A stretch of DNA of 64,000 nucleotides from Cyanidioschyzon merolae (taxonomy: Eukaryota). The stretch lies in assembly GCA_000091205.1 (NCBI GenBank), contig AP006495.2. One strand, written 5' to 3'. The translations under genes were made by a program, and so were the position numbers. The notes under the pieces are model-generated. The model searched no databases. It worked only from the letters and a program-made list of their open reading frames with translations, and was not told the origin of the DNA. The stretch's first letter is position 1; each line of letters opens with the position of its first letter. Shown piece by piece: positions 19,496 through 32,360 of this stretch.

Positions 19496-20065
19496 CGCTT
19501 CAACCTGACCGCATGCATGCATGCATGCATCGAGCTGCTTGCCCGCCGGTGCGTGCAGCCGAGTCGCGACGCGCACGCCTCGGAATCGACGGCGGGAAGA
19601 TCGACGCGCGCGCAGCGGCAGGCACGCAACTGATGCGAGGCGCGGCAGCAAGATGCGCGCCTGCAGTGCGACCCCCCGGTAGGGCATCCAGAAACGGACA
19701 TGTGAGCGGCTCAGCGCGCCGGGCTTCGGCGTCGCTTCCACAGAATCGTGACAGCACGTAGCGCGTCACTGCGTGTGCTTCTTCTGTTGCAGCGACGTGT
19801 GCATCGTTTGCGCTCGTAACGCGCGGTATTTGGAAAGAAGCTTGCTATTCTACCACACAACGCTGTGTGTGTGTGTGTGCGCTGATTGCGTCGTGTGCTT
19901 GCGACTACGAACCCGAGTGGTGACGGTAAACCCTAGGGCAGCTTCTGCGAGACGAGCGTACGCTTCTTGCTAGCGCGTTGACCAGTATAACGGAACCCTG
20001 TCTGCAAGGTATCCACTCAGCTGAACACCAGTACTACAACTACCTGTACTTTTCGTTGGCGTAAG

Positions 20066-20692
20066 ATGGCTTCAACGACAGTTAACGGTGAAGTAGGCGG
20101 GTCTGCCGCACGGACTGGAGGGAAACGCGGCACAGGCCGCGTCGGGGACGCTGCCAGCGGCGACCTGGTCTTCACGAGTGCGTGCCGCCTCGTGCGTGAC
20201 CAAAGCGAGACTTTGTCTGCGTCAGACGCGAAAAGTCTGCCTTCCATCAAGGTATCGTGGGATCAAAAGCTCTCCACGTACATCTACAGGACAAAGCGTT
20301 TTCTGCTCAGTTCAGAGCGCGTGTCCATAAGTGGTATTGGGATGGCTATCACGAGCGTCGTGATGTGCGCTGAGATACTGCGCAATGAAGGGTTTGTAGA
20401 TATCGTGAGTATCGAGACGTCGATGCTCAAGAGCAAGGCGCAAAACGCCCCTGCGCACCAGAAACCGGTTGTGGAGATCGTCGTGGAGCGCACGCCGCAG
20501 TTCCACGAGCGTATGGAGGCCGAGAATGCAGCCCGTGCTGCCAGGCGACCAGATCGAGAACGCAGGGCTGCGACTGGTGCACCATCCGGGCGCCGAGGCG
20601 GTGGGAATGCTCGCTCTGCCGCAGATGCGCGACCGCACCCACGAGACGGTGAAGAGGAAAGCGAAGAAAACGAGGACGCTGAGCACGAATGA
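20066..20692 (+). CDS. Alba-domain nucleic-acid-binding protein with a C-terminal RGG/acidic tail
   Basis: RVSISGIGMAITSVVMCAEILRNEGFVDIVSIETSM...KPVVEIVVER is an Alba/Rpp25-like core. The tail RRPDRERRAATGAPSGRRGGGNARS is followed by the acidic stretch EEESEENEDAE. Confidence 0.6.
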   Translation: MASTTVNGEVGGSAARTGGKRGTGRVGDAASGDLVFTSACRLVRDQSETLSASDAKSLPSIKVSWDQKLSTYIYRTKRFLLSSERVSISGIGMAITSVVMCAEILRNEGFVDIVSIETSMLKSKAQNAPAHQKPVVEIVVERTPQFHERMEAENAARAARRPDRERRAATGAPSGRRGGGNARSAADARPHPRDGEEESEENEDAEHE

Positions 20693-21490
20693 CCGACAGC
20701 GGCGAATGACGGCGAGCACGAGCTGTACGACTGCAGCCCGCGGCGACGCGTCTCGTTGTGTACGCAGTTGAGCGCGCGGCACCGATCTTGGGATGAGGTG
20801 CTACCTCGGTTCGCGGACGACTGATATGCTGCTTTACCGTTCGGGTCCGTTGCGGTCTCGCGACATGGCCACGGAATGGATCACGATCGAGTTCGAGTAA
20901 CGTATACAAATTCAAGGAAGTGCATGTGGGTGGCGGATCAAACTTTCAAGATGACGGCAATATATCCCGAACGACATAAAGGAGCGATGTTGTATACGAT
21001 TCCGGACGAAAGCCTTGCGGTACATGAATCGGCACGAGGTGCTGACGACCCAGTCAGGCGCTACGCCGCTTTTGAACCGAGCGGAGCAGCATAGCGCTGC
21101 AGTCACTCGCCCTCTGGCAATAGCAGGACGCGCTGCGCAGCGGTGTTTTACCGCATGGGGTCGATGAACCTAACCAGATGCCCGTGATTCGCGAATGCGC
21201 AGATCCGGTCACCGGGGAAGAGGGCATAGTCCCTTGTGGAACCTCCAACGCTCCACAAGCTCCGAGTCTGTCTTCTCGTCGGAAATCGACGCTAGATGAA
21301 GCAATCCCCGGGTGCTGGGATGCGTGGCCGTTCACGCGTCAAACGCTACCCCGAGCGACACTGCTTCGCCCTGTGCGCAGATACCGACTCGGCATGTAGT
21401 GGGCTGGTGCAGGCCACGCTAGCGAACCGCAGCCACGAACACAGACGGGAACTACCCGCTCCGGCTGCATGCCTGGTTCGGCGTCCTGCG

Positions 21491-21850
21491 TCAGACGGCA
21501 GCAGATCCACCTGCTGCTTCCTCCGTTATCGCTTTCAGAATATCCGAGTCGCCTGGATCTGTTATCGCCATCACCATAACTCGAAAATAACGCCCGCAAG
21601 CTGTACCGAGCTCTATCGAGCTGGCTGGATAGCGGTATACCTGCGCCTTGGCCAACATCGCATAGTAATCGAGGGTGCTCTTTCGCAGGCGCGGACAGTT
21701 ACTCGCGATGATAACAAGCTTACACTTACCCTGGCGAAGGCTCTTTAACGTGCTCTTATATCCAAGGTGATATCGACCGGACTTCATAACAAGCGCCAGA
21801 CGCGCGTTGATCGCTTCGGAAACGCTCCTGGTCTTGCGCGTAGCACTCAT
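21491..21850 (-). CDS. RPL30: 60S ribosomal protein L30e. The start is taken at the internal ATG at 21850-21848; the listed ORF extends further upstream
   Basis: [105 protein letters not shown] is collinear with eukaryotic RPL30 (human [92 protein letters not shown]). Confidence 0.9.
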   Translation of the reverse strand: MSATRKTRSVSEAINARLALVMKSGRYHLGYKSTLKSLRQGKCKLVIIASNCPRLRKSTLDYYAMLAKAQVYRYPASSIELGTACGRYFRVMVMAITDPGDSDILKAITEEAAGGSAAV

Positions 21851-22340
21851 GGTAAGCGGCGGTGCGTGAGCTTCAAGTGTATGTTCGAGCTGATCAACGA
21901 GACTTTCGAGAACTAGACTAGAGTGCAGCGCACGCACGAGACAGCGGAGCGTTCCGCGTAGGCCAGTGGATTCGTTCTTGCGTGCCGCTGCTGCGTAGCT
22001 ACAGCACAAATACACGTTTCGAGAATGAAGTTGTTCAGGGGCGCTGAAGCCGCAGCAGCGCGTAGCGCAGGCACCGCGACGCCGTCGTCGCCTGGCTCTA
22101 TAAAGCTGTACTATAATGTAATTTATGGTTCAAAACTTTCCATCACCAATCGTGTCGATCGCAACGTCACGCAGCGGATGCGCCTCAGCGCTCCGCGCTG
22201 CTCGAATACACAACATGTAGCGTGGCATATACACCATCGTGGTACAGGAAGCGTTTATGAAGTCACAGTGGCTACTGAACCAGTAGAAACTAGATGCACT
22301 GTCCTGGTGGCTACCGCTGTAGAGGTATTCCACGCTGAAA

Positions 22341-22736
22341 ATGAGTGAAATCGCCTGGTATAGGCTTCGAAACCTATATCGCAGTATCCTCCGGAAACAT
22401 CAACAGTGTCTGCCGTTGGAACTCCGCGTCCTCGGTGACCAGTACGTAGCAGAAGAGTTTCGACGAATGCGCGAATTCTTGTTGCGTTCCCAGTCTCAAA
22501 CTGCTAGTAGGCAGCTCTCCGAGTTCCTAGAGCAGTGGCAAATGTACCTTGAGAGCGTCGGCCCCGAAGGACTGACCACTGTGGACGTGGAACCGGCTCT
22601 GTGGCAGCAGCTCAGCCCGGAGCAGCGACTGCAGCTGGAGCGACTCCGCGCAACAGCAACAACGCGCGGAGAAGGCAAGGCGCCTGCAAGTGTGTTTGGG
22701 CGGGCAGGGCCCCCGACGAGATCGAGCTCCGAATAA
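22341..22736 (+). CDS. LYR-motif (Complex1_LYR family) small mitochondrial protein
   Basis: The N-terminus AWYRLRNLYRSILRKHQQ...LRVLGDQYVAEEFRRMRE fits the LYR family consensus L-Y-R...L-R...EF-R. The exact orthologue (NDUFA6, SDHAF, LYRM) is not resolved. Confidence 0.5.
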   Translation: MSEIAWYRLRNLYRSILRKHQQCLPLELRVLGDQYVAEEFRRMREFLLRSQSQTASRQLSEFLEQWQMYLESVGPEGLTTVDVEPALWQQLSPEQRLQLERLRATATTRGEGKAPASVFGRAGPPTRSSSE

Positions 22737-23697
22737 AGGCGGACTTCAAGCAGCGCGCGTTCACGTTGACGCGTTATTCGACGTGGATCACCGCGGACAC
22801 CGCCCGTGTCCGTACTGGTGAGAGACTGTATTTGAAGGTCCTTGACACTAGAGAGGAACACGGAACGTATTTGCACAGACAAGGGTTTTCATGAAAACTG
22901 GAGAAACGGGCTTTGGAAGATGTCTCCAATGAAAGCAGGGCTCGGGAAGCGCGTCATCGTCGCAGGTGCTGACGCTGTAACCATTTCAGCTAGCGGCCGC
23001 GTCTGCCACGGTGATCGACCCCGCAGCAAGTGCTTTCCGCCATTCACTTGCCTCTATCGGACGGGTTCCATCAAATAACGCTCAGCGATCATGACCATCA
23101 AGAGTACAGACCGAAAGCATGACGCATACTGTGTGATTGCAGCTGGCGGAGATTGCGTCGATGCGGCCCCGTACACGACGCCTATGGCGATGCACAGGTC
23201 GGCACTGGGCCTGATCCGAAGACGCATCATCGATGCGAATGTGTGCTCCTGCTGAATCGTTGCCAGGAGAAGGCACATATGTAGAGCACGCCGCGCTACA
23301 TCAACGGGGCAGGCGCGCGAGCCAGCTCAGGCGCTACGGTGTCAACGCTTCTCGGACGTAGACGCATCTTTCGAAGTGACAGCCGCTGGTGGCGTCTTTC
23401 CGAACAACGCGCTCATTCAGATGTCGCGGAAACACCACCATGTGGTGCCTCTTGGCTGGCTTACACGCGGAAAGCATGAGAAAGCGCTAGAGGTTACCGC
23501 ACAGGGCCCCGATCGATGATGAGCATCAGCGGCTGCGAGACTGGAAGCGACGCTGCATGCGTCTATATCTGGGATGCGAAGCTATATCGTACAAGCACTA
23601 CGCCCCAGTTGCAGTATGTTGGCGTCGGACGCTACCAACTAGGTTATATTACGGACGTGAACGTCCAGAGGCGCTCGCTTGTGCAACTTCGGAGGCG

Positions 23698-23737
23698 GCA
23701 TCTCGCCTCGCCTCGCCTCGCCTCGCCTCGCATCATT
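23698..23737. repeat. (CGCCT)n pentanucleotide microsatellite
   Basis: cgcctcgcctcgcctcgcctcgcctcgc, about 200 bp upstream of the TCF25 start. Confidence 0.9.
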
Positions 23738-23940
23738 TCATAAAGTTCGTCTCAGCGACGATCAACGCGAGTTCTGGTGTAAAACACGCCTCGATATTAC
23801 GTACAAAGACAGAGGTTTTGGTCACGACCGCTGCGCAAAAATAGAAAACAGCTTCCTATCAGAGTAGGCACCGGCGCTTAGCACCGAGACTGGCGGATCA
23901 CCTGCTTGGCACGAGGCGAAGCTGGCACCCGCCCCAAACC

Positions 23941-25836
23941 ATGTCAAGCCGTGCCGTTCGCAAGCTGCTCTCCGCGGACTCGGTCCCGGAAACGAACGCA
24001 AGCGAAGAGCCTGGCGTTGCGGTGGACGATCACTCGGTGGCTGCAAACGAGGCTCAGGTCGGTGTCCGGAACCCCTTCGCTGTGCTCGCTGACCAGCAGG
24101 AGCACGAGGATGGCTTCGGAGAACCTGAGAAACCTCAAAACCAGCTCTCTGATTCTGTGGAAACTTTTCTGGTGCCGGAATCAGGTGCACCGTCACGCCG
24201 TAAAGGCAGATCAAGACGAGCAAGCCGGGTTGCAGGCCAAAAAGTCTCAGCGGAAACGGAGTTTACTATAGGCTATCGGGAGCGCACCTTGCATGGCACC
24301 CGAAAGGACGCCTCTCGAGAACCACAAGTTGACGATGAAAACCTCAGCCATCACTCTGAACTGAAGCATCGTTGGTATGCACAAACATGTGCCGGATTCG
24401 AGCCCTTTGCTGTGGACACGAGCAAACTCAATGCGGACGGTGAGCTGAAGCACTTGTTCGGTCGTGAGGTCGTCGAGCGCGACCATCTCGACCAACAACG
24501 TGCCCAGTCCGCAACCGCTACCAGCAGTCGAGGCTCGCGGGCGATTCGCCAGCAGCAACGTCGTTATCGGGAACGCAACAAGTCGTCGCGATACGCGCTA
24601 GACCTGCGACGGCGCTCATTATTCGTGTACCCGAACCCGGACTGGTTTCAGTTGGTACGGGGCCTCACAATGGAGCCAGCACCAAACTGGAATGCGCCTC
24701 GTCCAGTGTATAGGTACCGCTTCCGAGATCCATACAATTCACTTGAGGAAGGTTTTGAGCAGGTGGTGCGCTCCGGAGACCATGAGCTTTTAATCGAGTT
24801 CTCATGGACGAATCCGTTTCACGTCGGCGCTCTGTTGCAGCTTTCGGAACTCTATCGCGTTTTCGCTGAGGCCGAACGCGAACAAGAGGCGATAGAGCGA
24901 GCGCTTTGGGCTCTAGAAATCAGTACACATCCGCGTTATCGACCGGGCGAGGCATATCTGCCTTTCGCATACGTTGAAAACCGACAGTACTACCGAGCGC
25001 TATGCTGCGCAGCGGAGCGCGCGCGAAGCAAAGGCGCCTACCGCTCCGCCACGGAAATCGCCAAGGTGCTCTGTACCCTCGATCCACCGGTCGACGAGAC
25101 AGGCTCGACAAGACGTCCGTGGAGCGACCCAGTAGGCGCGTTGCTGGTGATAGACGCGTACGCGTTACTGGCAAAGGAGTGGCAATGGATCTGCCAGTGC
25201 CTAGAAAGCGAACATCCTGCGGCGGTGTTGCTGCGCGATCTCCCGAATTGGCAGTTCAGCTATCTGTATGCGAAATACAAAAAGAATGGGATCGGAGCCT
25301 CGCAGATTCACGCGTCGCTAGTCGACGCGCTGCTCCTGAAGCAGCTACGCATGTGTGTGGAGCGCTTTCCTCATCTAGCTCGACTGCTCGCCTTCGATGC
25401 ACGTGACGGTATGGAGTCGTTGCCACTGCTGTGCCGCCGCGCGATGTTCGGCTACGCCTCACGTACCGCTGCTCTCTGGCGGAACAGTCCGCTCATGGAT
25501 TGTATCCGGCAGTGTCTGGGAACCTCAGACGCACGAAGTATTCCAGCGTACCCGATATCCACGACCGATGCGTCTTGGATCGGATGCGTTGGCTATAGCG
25601 ATGATATTCGGTACACGGAATGGATTCATCGAGGCGATACCGCTCCAGCGAATGGCAGTGTATCGTTCGGCGAGGAGGAGGCAGCTGCATCGGCAACGAC
25701 CATAGCGGATGAGCTGCAGTTCTTGTCCATGGGCACCAACACCGAATCAAACCTTGACACAAATGCGAGTTCAGAAGTGGAATCAGGCGAAATGACACCC
25801 AACGGATCCGATAGCGACGCAGTTGCCGAACGTTAG
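23941..25836 (+). CDS. TCF25: TCF25/Nulp1/Rqc1 family protein (ribosome quality control complex subunit)
   Basis: Central block PDWFQLVRGLTMEP...EEGFEQVVRSGDHELLIEFSWTNPFHVGALLQLSELYRV matches the TCF25 domain signature (NPYHVDSLLQLSE...). Acidic N- and C-terminal tails. Confidence 0.7.
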   Translation: MSSRAVRKLLSADSVPETNASEEPGVAVDDHSVAANEAQVGVRNPFAVLADQQEHEDGFGEPEKPQNQLSDSVETFLVPESGAPSRRKGRSRRASRVAGQKVSAETEFTIGYRERTLHGTRKDASREPQVDDENLSHHSELKHRWYAQTCAGFEPFAVDTSKLNADGELKHLFGREVVERDHLDQQRAQSATATSSRGSRAIRQQQRRYRERNKSSRYALDLRRRSLFVYPNPDWFQLVRGLTMEPAPNWNAPRPVYRYRFRDPYNSLEEGFEQVVRSGDHELLIEFSWTNPFHVGALLQLSELYRVFAEAEREQEAIERALWALEISTHPRYRPGEAYLPFAYVENRQYYRALCCAAERARSKGAYRSATEIAKVLCTLDPPVDETGSTRRPWSDPVGALLVIDAYALLAKEWQWICQCLESEHPAAVLLRDLPNWQFSYLYAKYKKNGIGASQIHASLVDALLLKQLRMCVERFPHLARLLAFDARDGMESLPLLCRRAMFGYASRTAALWRNSPLMDCIRQCLGTSDARSIPAYPISTTDASWIGCVGYSDDIRYTEWIHRGDTAPANGSVSFGEEEAAASATTIADELQFLSMGTNTESNLDTNASSEVESGEMTPNGSDSDAVAER

Positions 25837-28800
25837 ATGCAACGGGGTGAGTATTTCCAAGGTTTGGTGCTGGCAGCGCACACTCGCGGATGTATGCGCG
25901 ATGCTCCGTTTGCCTCGCGAACTAGCTCTTCGAGAAGAAACATTGTGTTTGGCTGCTCATCGCTCATCGCTGCAATACTCGGGTACGGCAGGCATTTCCG
26001 CAGCAAGTGCAAAGCTCTTCATGCCGAAGAGCGTGGATCACTTCTAACCGGGACATCGACTCGCTCTGGGAGAATCTGGGCGAGCATGCAATGCTCGGCC
26101 GTACCACCTCGTTCCGACGCACTGCTCGACAAAACCCAGCGCTTTTTTTTCGCGAGTATCCGCTACGGTGCTTCGATGTACGGGCTGGTGGTACGTGCCC
26201 AGCAATATTGAAAATCGAGCGCCATGATCGTTCAGCAGTGGCCCAGGAGAACTGTTTCAGGTGTATACACGGGGCGCCAGAGCCCTGCTGGATTCCCGAC
26301 ACGTCACGTACCGCTGCCTCGTGCCGAGCTGGGGATTCAATGCCCTCTCGCCTGATCAGTGCTTCTTTCATGCAAGTATTGGGCGTTTCGGTACGATACC
26401 CGTGCGGCGTACTAAACGATGCTTTCGACAGTTCGCTCGTTAGAAAGCCACTGGACGATCCGGAAGTAGCAAATATTTCTGAATGTTGATCGATACTTTC
26501 AACTCTCGGTCCAGAAAGTGCTTCCACGCAATGGTGCTGATGGAGTCACACCGCAGCCAGCACCTCAACCTCCATGGTCTCGCTATCCGGCAATCGATGA
26601 GCGTACCGCACACTCGTTGGAGCATCGGACTCGGTTTCATTCTCTTATTCTGTACCAGTTTCAGCATGCACGCGTGCTCGCGATGCGTTGATATGCTCCT
26701 GAATGCATCGATGCGAATCGTTTACAATCGATTCCTGTACTCGTTGTACGCTCTCGTCGAGCGAGCAGGCGAGAAGCGTTGCGCGCTCCAGTACGTCCAG
26801 CGCCAAAGGCTACTCTAAAGCGAAGCGACTCGCTGGTCATTGCCGTTTCCAACTCATTCAGCAGGCTGCCGAAAATGCGCTTCTTGTCGTCGTACGACCG
26901 AAACCGTTGGCGAACCAGCTGGATCTCATGGCTGTCTGTCAAAAAGATCGTCTGCATGATCCATTTTTACGTTCATGTTCGCTCTGAATGAAGCGTACGA
27001 AACATGCCGTCTGGTCGGTACGGTGTCCGGAGCGTTGGGACAAGCTCTGACGCGGTCATTTGATTTTTCGGGGGAATCCTCCTAGTGCCTATGATGCACG
27101 TGTCTCGATGATGTTGAGCCGTCGAAAAATCTGAGCAGCGCCATCCGCTTTTCTTTCAGGTCTTCGGCTGCGTTCTCTTGATGTGGAGGCACGGCGGCAT
27201 CCATGATGTCCTTGAAAGCGGGATCCGCGCCCATAAAGAACTCTGTCTCTCTCCATCTGCCGTGAACGATTAAAATCAGTCTCGTAGCGCGACTCGGACC
27301 AAGGTTTCAAACAGCGCCTGCGAATGGGTATGTCGTCGATCGGGATCGTCGCTGTAGAATTGAAACCGTGAGCGAGCTCCACCAGTGCCTGTCGTGGAGC
27401 TGTTCGAAGGCGTTGTACGTGCTAGCAGAGCCCAGCCACAGCTCGCTGAGGAAACCGCACAGTACAATATAGTACCGAAACGTCCTGTAATATATTCGTC
27501 CTTGATGTGACAGACGAGGTCCATACCGCATAATACCAATTTCAGTCGCGAGCTGCACTACCGCTCTTGAATGATGGAAAGCGAGGTTGTCTACCAGCAG
27601 GACAGAGGTATTTAAGAGTGAGGAACCGGGAAGCGTGCGTCGAAAAAGAATGGTGTGTTGCACGATCCTATCTTTTCGGCGATTTGTAAGCGACTACAGG
27701 ATTGAATCATCGCTAGGGCTGATCTTTTCGTGATTATTGCTAGTTGCTTTCTGATGAGCGGCGGTTTCCCCATTTTTGAATACTCATATGCAACTGGTCT
27801 ATCCCTTCTCCCGACTGAGGTCTCGTCGAGCGAGACGAACGCTCGCTAACCTTGTCATAAACGTTCGCATTGCAGTACAACATCCATTGCGTGTCGGTCA
27901 ACAAGTGACGATCGTCTACACAAGCGTGCATTTTCGTTTGTCCATCCGTGCCCCTTTATCAACTTTCTTCTCAACGGTATGGAAACGCCCATCCTGTGAC
28001 CTCTTTGTTCGCATTTTTTCCTGAACGTGTGGAGTGGGACGGATCGACGACGAGACAGTCGAGCAGATACACTTTCCCCAGTTCTTTCTTGGATGCACGA
28101 CGTTCAGGATATTGACCACGGAGTGCGTGGCTCATTCACCTCCTGATCGTAAAATGAATGACTTGCACAACTAAGGCCGTTTTCGCGAGCGAGCAGGGAC
28201 AGCGACCGTCTTTCCGCGACCTCTCATCAATCCACCGCATACAATCGTCTTGGAACGGACTCGCGAGAAAACAAACAAACAAACCGAAAACGACGCACTG
28301 GTATATGTATTCGAGCGGTCACGGCTCTGAGTCAAACGGCCAGTTCTGAGCGCTGCCCGCCTGCAATCGCACATCGACGGTGCCGTCTTCGTTTCCAGTG
28401 CCTGGATAAATGCTGAAACATGACGAAAGGTTGCCTCTGTGCGGTTCGAGGTGTGCACCGGTCACTTGGATCGAACGACCAACCGAAGCAGACACTGTTG
28501 AACGCATCACCCCTTCAACGATGATAGATGCCCACTCAAGCTGTCCCGATGATCCGCAAGGTGCCAAACATCGCGATGGCCGACAATTTTCGTAGAATTG
28601 CGTAGTTGTGTGAAAAACTGCGATATGGACGTGGACGCTTGTACACTGCCTTCATTGCAAGTGCGTCTAGCGCTAAAAAACCTCAATACTTCAATTTGAC
28701 AATCGCACCGAACACCGAGAGCATGTGACTCGGCCAACGCATTCGAGGATCAATGGAGATTTGTATCCTTGCTAGCAACAACAGCTGGCACACGTCCCGA

Positions 28801-30120
28801 AATGACACGCTCGTTTTCTTGATTTTTGCGAAAGGAGAACCCATGCGTTGCGAGCAGACACGTTCCCATCGAGTGTTTGGCGATGGAGATCAACGCCTTG
28901 CCAAACAAGCGGTGCCTTGCACGCCAACATATCCACCGCAGTCAGTTTCAGATGGTGTTCGCGGAGTGGCGGACCGCTCTATCCAGTGTGAGTAGCAGTG
29001 GCGGTCCCTCAACACGCGTTTCGAACGAAGTGGTGCAGCACCGTTTTATGCATGTGTTCGTGACAAGGCCAGAGTCGCTCCAGCCGAACGACATGAAACC
29101 AAGACGCAGCGCCACCGGAGAAACATCGAAAAAGCTTATCTAGCTCCACACGCTGCCTAAGGACTTGCCAGTACGTAAGTCAGCGCATTCATGAAGCGTG
29201 GCAAGCGTTCGGTGACGTGAGGCGCTACGAGCACTCGAGAAAGCATACATGCAAGGAGCGTAGTTTCCTGTATGCGGTCTGCTTCTATTCTGGCCAATCG
29301 GTGACTCAGGTTCAGCACAAATACATGGAACACGAAAGCGTCGTGCAGAAGCACTTTAGGGTTCGTGTCTCTCTCTGCAAACCAAAACACACACCATTTC
29401 CTGAGCATATGCCGGTGCAAGCGCGGCTGCGTAGACGCAGCGACGGACAAGCCAACAACAGAGCAGTGTTTTGTTCGCGGGAACGTTTACACTAACCGGG
29501 GAACCTCGGAGTGCCCAGTTAGTAACGGCACTCGGAAAAACGTTCATTGCTCAACGTCCTACCTCCAAGCTCCACTACGCCTGCTTCCCGCTCGGACGTA
29601 CTGGTCACTTGCCACGTTCTATCGTACGTCGAGCCTGCCGTGAGCGCCCGCGATAGCACATGTGCCGCCAGTACGGACGCAGCACGGAGACAGAGCGACT
29701 TTGACGTCTCATGAAGGGTACCGACTCCCGGCGTCGTTCACCCGACACGGTGCCGCCTCTCGTCGTCGATTCGCGCTCGGACAGTCTACGTCCGCAAGCG
29801 TGCCTTTGCGGCACGACGCTTTCGAGAGAGCTGGCTCTTCGGATGAAGACCCTAAGGTCCTCACCCGTCTCCTGCGCAAACCTGTGTGGAAAGCGTTCTC
29901 GGTTGACAGCGCGGGCTTTTGATCCGCAACCATCTGTGTGAAAGTCCCCAAAACACTAGACCCGCGTTCTCATCCAGTTCACGGAGCCTTGCACCTGGAG
30001 TCAACAGCGCAAGGCCTTGCCACCCGACCTGAGCCCTGCACTGGACGCCGCGGAGCGCCGACGCCGTGGCTTGGGCGCGTCCTCCACACTCGGGTTCCAC
30101 TGGGGAGGCCCTCGCTCAAC

Positions 30121-31398
30121 ATGACGCCCAAGTCTAGTGCTAGTCTTGCCGAGCAGCAACGTTCCCTATCGTTTCAGATACCGTCTGATGCTGGTGAGAA
30201 CGGATTGTCTACAGATTCGTGGCCTCTTTTGCTAAAAAACTATGATCGCCTCAACGTGCGTACCACGCACTACACACCGATACCGGATGCAGGCTACTCG
30301 CCACTGAAACGACCGATACAGGAGTACATCCGAAGCGGTGTGATCAACCTGGACAAGCCGGCAAATCCGTCCTCGCACGAGGTTGTGGCCTGGATCAAGC
30401 GGATTCTGCGTGTGGAGAAGACCGGGCACTCGGGTACACTGGACCCGCAGGTCACTGGTTGTCTGATCGTATGTATCGAACGAGCGACGCGTCTGGTTAA
30501 GTCACAACAGTCCGCGGGTAAAGAATATGTCGCTGTTTTGCGTCTGCATGGTATGCGTCCCGAGCTCGACGAGGCGACTGTGCGGCGAGCGATCGAGACG
30601 CTGACTGGACCGCTGTACCAGCGGCCGCCTCTGATCAGTGCCGTGAAGCGACAGCTTCGGATCCGAACCATCTATGAATCAAAACTATTAGAATATGATC
30701 CGAAACGAAGACTGGTGCTTTTCTGGGTATCATGCGAGGCAGGAACGTACATTCGGACGCTATGCGTGCATCTAGGTCTGCTGCTTGGTGTCGGTGGTCA
30801 TATGCAGGAGCTTCGCCGCGTTCGCTCCGGGGTTCACAGCGAGTACGACGGTATGGTCACCATGCACGACGTTCTTGATGCCCAGTGGCTCTTCGACACC
30901 ACCAAGGACGAATCTTACCTGCGACGAGTCATCAAGCCCTTGGAAAGTCTCTTAGTTCACCACAAGCGCATTGTGATCAAAGACTCGTGCGTGAACGCGG
31001 TTTGCTATGGTGCAAAGCTCATGCTTCCTGGTGTGCTGCGATACGAAAACGACATTGAATGCGGGGAAGAAGTGGTGATCATGACGACCAAGGGTGAGGC
31101 TGTTGCCTTGGCCATAGCGCACATGAGCACATCGGAAATCGCCAGTTGCGATCACGGCGTTGTTGCCCGGATCAAGCGTGTAGTCATGGAGCGAGACTTG
31201 TATCCGCGGCGATGGGGTCTCGGCCCGGTAGCGAGTCGCAAAAAAGCGATGATCCAACGCGGTGAACTCGACAAGCACGGTCGTCCAAATGAACACACAC
31301 CGTCTGACTGGCGACGTGTCCAACCTGAGCTCGAATCAGCACCAAGTCGAATGGAGAGACAAGCGGGTCCACCGGTTCGCCCGCCTAAATCGCACTGA
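30121..31398 (+). CDS. CBF5: H/ACA snoRNP pseudouridine synthase dyskerin/Cbf5. The start is taken at the ATG at 30121; the listed ORF begins at 29938
   Basis: Near-identity to dyskerin over about 380 aa: [135 protein letters not shown], and the PUA region [16 protein letters not shown]. Confidence 0.92.
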   Translation: MTPKSSASLAEQQRSLSFQIPSDAGENGLSTDSWPLLLKNYDRLNVRTTHYTPIPDAGYSPLKRPIQEYIRSGVINLDKPANPSSHEVVAWIKRILRVEKTGHSGTLDPQVTGCLIVCIERATRLVKSQQSAGKEYVAVLRLHGMRPELDEATVRRAIETLTGPLYQRPPLISAVKRQLRIRTIYESKLLEYDPKRRLVLFWVSCEAGTYIRTLCVHLGLLLGVGGHMQELRRVRSGVHSEYDGMVTMHDVLDAQWLFDTTKDESYLRRVIKPLESLLVHHKRIVIKDSCVNAVCYGAKLMLPGVLRYENDIECGEEVVIMTTKGEAVALAIAHMSTSEIASCDHGVVARIKRVVMERDLYPRRWGLGPVASRKKAMIQRGELDKHGRPNEHTPSDWRRVQPELESAPSRMERQAGPPVRPPKSH

Positions 31399-32360
31399 GC
31401 GATCCAGAGTGCTACACCCGAGAGAATCAGTGGACGCTGCAAACCGAATGCTCACATATTGCCGGCGTACTCGGGTTCATAGATGCGCACCCGAGCCTAG
31501 GGGGCAAATTCTTCCAGTTCAACTTTGCGGTATTCCATGCACAACGCAGAATGCTTGGTGACGCGAGCTGTCGTAACGGCGGCTGATGCGCAGCGGGGCT
31601 GCTTTTTTCCAGCACGGAATACTCGGGCGGTGTTGCGTCGAGAACCTGCGAGCGTCCATGAATTCGAAGCAGCCTCGCCATGCGTTTGGATGTTTTGTAC
31701 GAACGCATCCCCAGAGAAACATACGTGTATACACAAGTATCCAAGTGAGCTTGATTTGTGTTGCTTGCTCGCCAGCGGACTCTTTTCATGGACCCGGTGA
31801 GGGCAGCATTGCCGCACGTCTGGGAAAACTGGGCGATCCATGCTCCAGGAACCGTACCGGAGCACCTTACGATGCATTCGTCTGACGTATCATCGGTCGG
31901 CACCGAACCCTACACTGGATTTACTTTGACAAAGAAGCAGGCGAATCCGAGACCTCTGACCCGTCAGCAACCCGCAAAGTCACTGAACGAGACACGCAAC
32001 AGGTGCACGGTGCAACAGCGTGACTGTACAGACGGTAGCGAATTCGTCCCGATTGAACGCAGTCGCTGTATGCCGGCTCCGGTCAGTGGGGCTTTGGTGT
32101 ACCGCGGAACCGACTCGAAACCGGAGTCAACTGGTAGCCTGGAGAGGCGTCACGACACGTACGCGTAGAGGTGCGGTTGTGCGAATCTCGTGGGGCTCGC
32201 TTCCGACGATCCCCAGCCGACGTCGCTACGCTCCGATAAGCTCGTCTCGTTTACAAAAAAAACCGTGCAGAGCGTTTGGGTTCCCGTGCTTGCCCTTCAC
32301 CATTCTAGCTCATCAGGAATCCGGTACACCGACCAGATGGCCGCCCGTCTATATACACCG

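Noticed and set aside
20312-20915. Minus-strand ORFs antisense to the Alba gene
   Set aside because: They lie antisense to a well-supported CDS and are rich in Arg/Ala, which is typical of GC-rich antisense frames.
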